In this document: piece by piece, positions 34,159 through 35,409 of the stretch
Layout: every line of letters starts with the position of its first letter
Numbering within the stretch: position 1 is the first letter of the stretch
Assembly (NCBI GenBank): GCA_048213135.1
Contig: PS015067.1
Span: forward strand, 102,334-137,742
Origin: Reclinomonas americana ATCC 50394
Lineage: Eukaryota
DNA length: 35,409 nucleotides
Reading direction: 5' to 3'
Made by a program: the position numbers and the translations under genes
Notes under the pieces: generated by a model
Seen by the model: the letters and a program-made list of their open reading frames with translations, nothing else
What the model was told of the DNA's origin: nothing
Databases searched by the model: none

Positions 34159-34599
34159 ATCTTATTGTGAAGTTGTGCCAAGAATTGTGTTTTCTCGTGT
34201 TCATGGATGACAGCGCGCTGCTGAACATTAATTCTTGTTGGTGTGCCAATGGTCATCGTCGGCAAGGGATTTGTGGACATTTGTCGCATTATTGGAATGT
34301 GGTGAATGAAGTGTTTTTCTGTTCATGTTGCAGCTGTGTTGCTGTTGATTAGAAAAGTTGTTGTTATGTTCGATATCATGAATGAAGTGTTTCCGCATAG
34401 TATCGCGAATTCGAATTCTCGTTCTGCAGGCCTGCTGCCCTCGATCCGGCTCTTCTGCGTATTCTATCCTCCCCTTGCAACCCTCCTCTTGCACCGTCAA
34501 CGCGCAGCAACGAAGCCGAGACAACTGCTCGCGCGTCCCGTTTTCATTTGTCCACACGAGAGAAAAGACGAGTAAGAGGCTCATTCTCACACAAACACA

Positions 34600-35409
34600 A
34601 TGCGCTATGACGGCGTGTTTGGTGTGTTCGCCTTTGTGACAGCAGGGTGCGTGGCGGCACGCCTGTCGCGCAAGGCGTTCGGACCGCCCTCCGATGACGA
34701 CAATGATGTCAATCCGTTTGAGGGTTCGCGCAAACGACACACACACACGTGCCTTCCATCCTCCACACTCACCACCTCTCTCTCTTTCTCTCTTTCCTCT
34801 TCTCTCATCGCAAACACACACACAGACATACAATCAGTGGCGGGTGGTGTTGGAGGACAGAGTCGGCCACGTGGTCAGTTGCCCTTCCAGCAGGCCTATT
34901 CGTGGGCATACTCGCTGTTCGCCTTCTCCGACTGGCTTCAGGGACCATACTCGTTCCTCGTCTACAACACAGTGTGGGCCTACTCGACACAGTCGATCGG
35001 AGCACTCTTCCTCACTGATTATGCCGCTGAGCTGCTGCTCGGATTGCCATTTGCCACGCTGCTGGCGGAGAGAATGTTGCGCTGTGTGACCGCGTACGTT
35101 GATGAGAGCAGGCATTGTTCTAAATCACTGGCTTGTGCACGCACAGAGGACGGAAGAAGAGTTGTCTGCTGTGCGGCATGTGTTACATTCTGTCGTGCTC
35201 GTCGGTGTGGAGCGCGTCGACATATGTACACGTGGCCGGTCGTGCGCTTGCCGGCTTTGCCTCGTCGATCTTGTACTCGGCGTTTGATGCGTGGGTGGCT
35301 GATGAGCATCGCAAGAATCGCCTGCCGCCAGAGGAGCTGACGTCGGTGTTGTCGTCGGCGGCGTTTGCCAACAGCATGTGTTCGGTGCTGGCCACCCTCA
35401 CAGGTGACT
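34600..35409 (+). CDS. MFSD5: MFSD5/MOT2-type molybdate-anion MFS transporter, 5' part (runs off the window)
   Basis: N-terminal hydrophobic segment, FQQAY..YSL..SDWLQGPY, IGALFL, then after the intron at 35076: GRKKSCL..YILSC..GRALAGFASSILYSAFDAWVADEH. Confidence 0.88.

Overview
GC-rich, very intron-dense eukaryotic (protist-like) scaffold with several N gaps. Most introns are about 55-90 nt and GT-AG, so the six-frame ORF track fragments the real genes. Manual splicing supports 12 protein-coding genes: a Pro-rich hypothetical, a multi-EF-hand protein, an intronless P-loop NTPase, a FIG4-type SAC phosphatase continuing in frame into DEP and DUF547 domains (one internal block is inverted between gaps), an ARM-repeat + kinase + HECT fusion, an SHLD2-like OB-fold protein, anamorsin/Dre2, WDR25, a hidden 77-aa tail-anchored protein, a GCK-III/STE20 kinase, a 7-repeat WD40 protein and a partial MFSD5 transporter. 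The main observations are a 1-nt exon needed to build the kinase APE proline, a frequent GTTGCG donor class that never follows an exonic G, two unusual domain fusions, and three head-to-head gene pairs under 100 bp apart. No RNA genes, CRISPR arrays or clear mobile elements were seen. All gene models and family calls are by eye, without searches.
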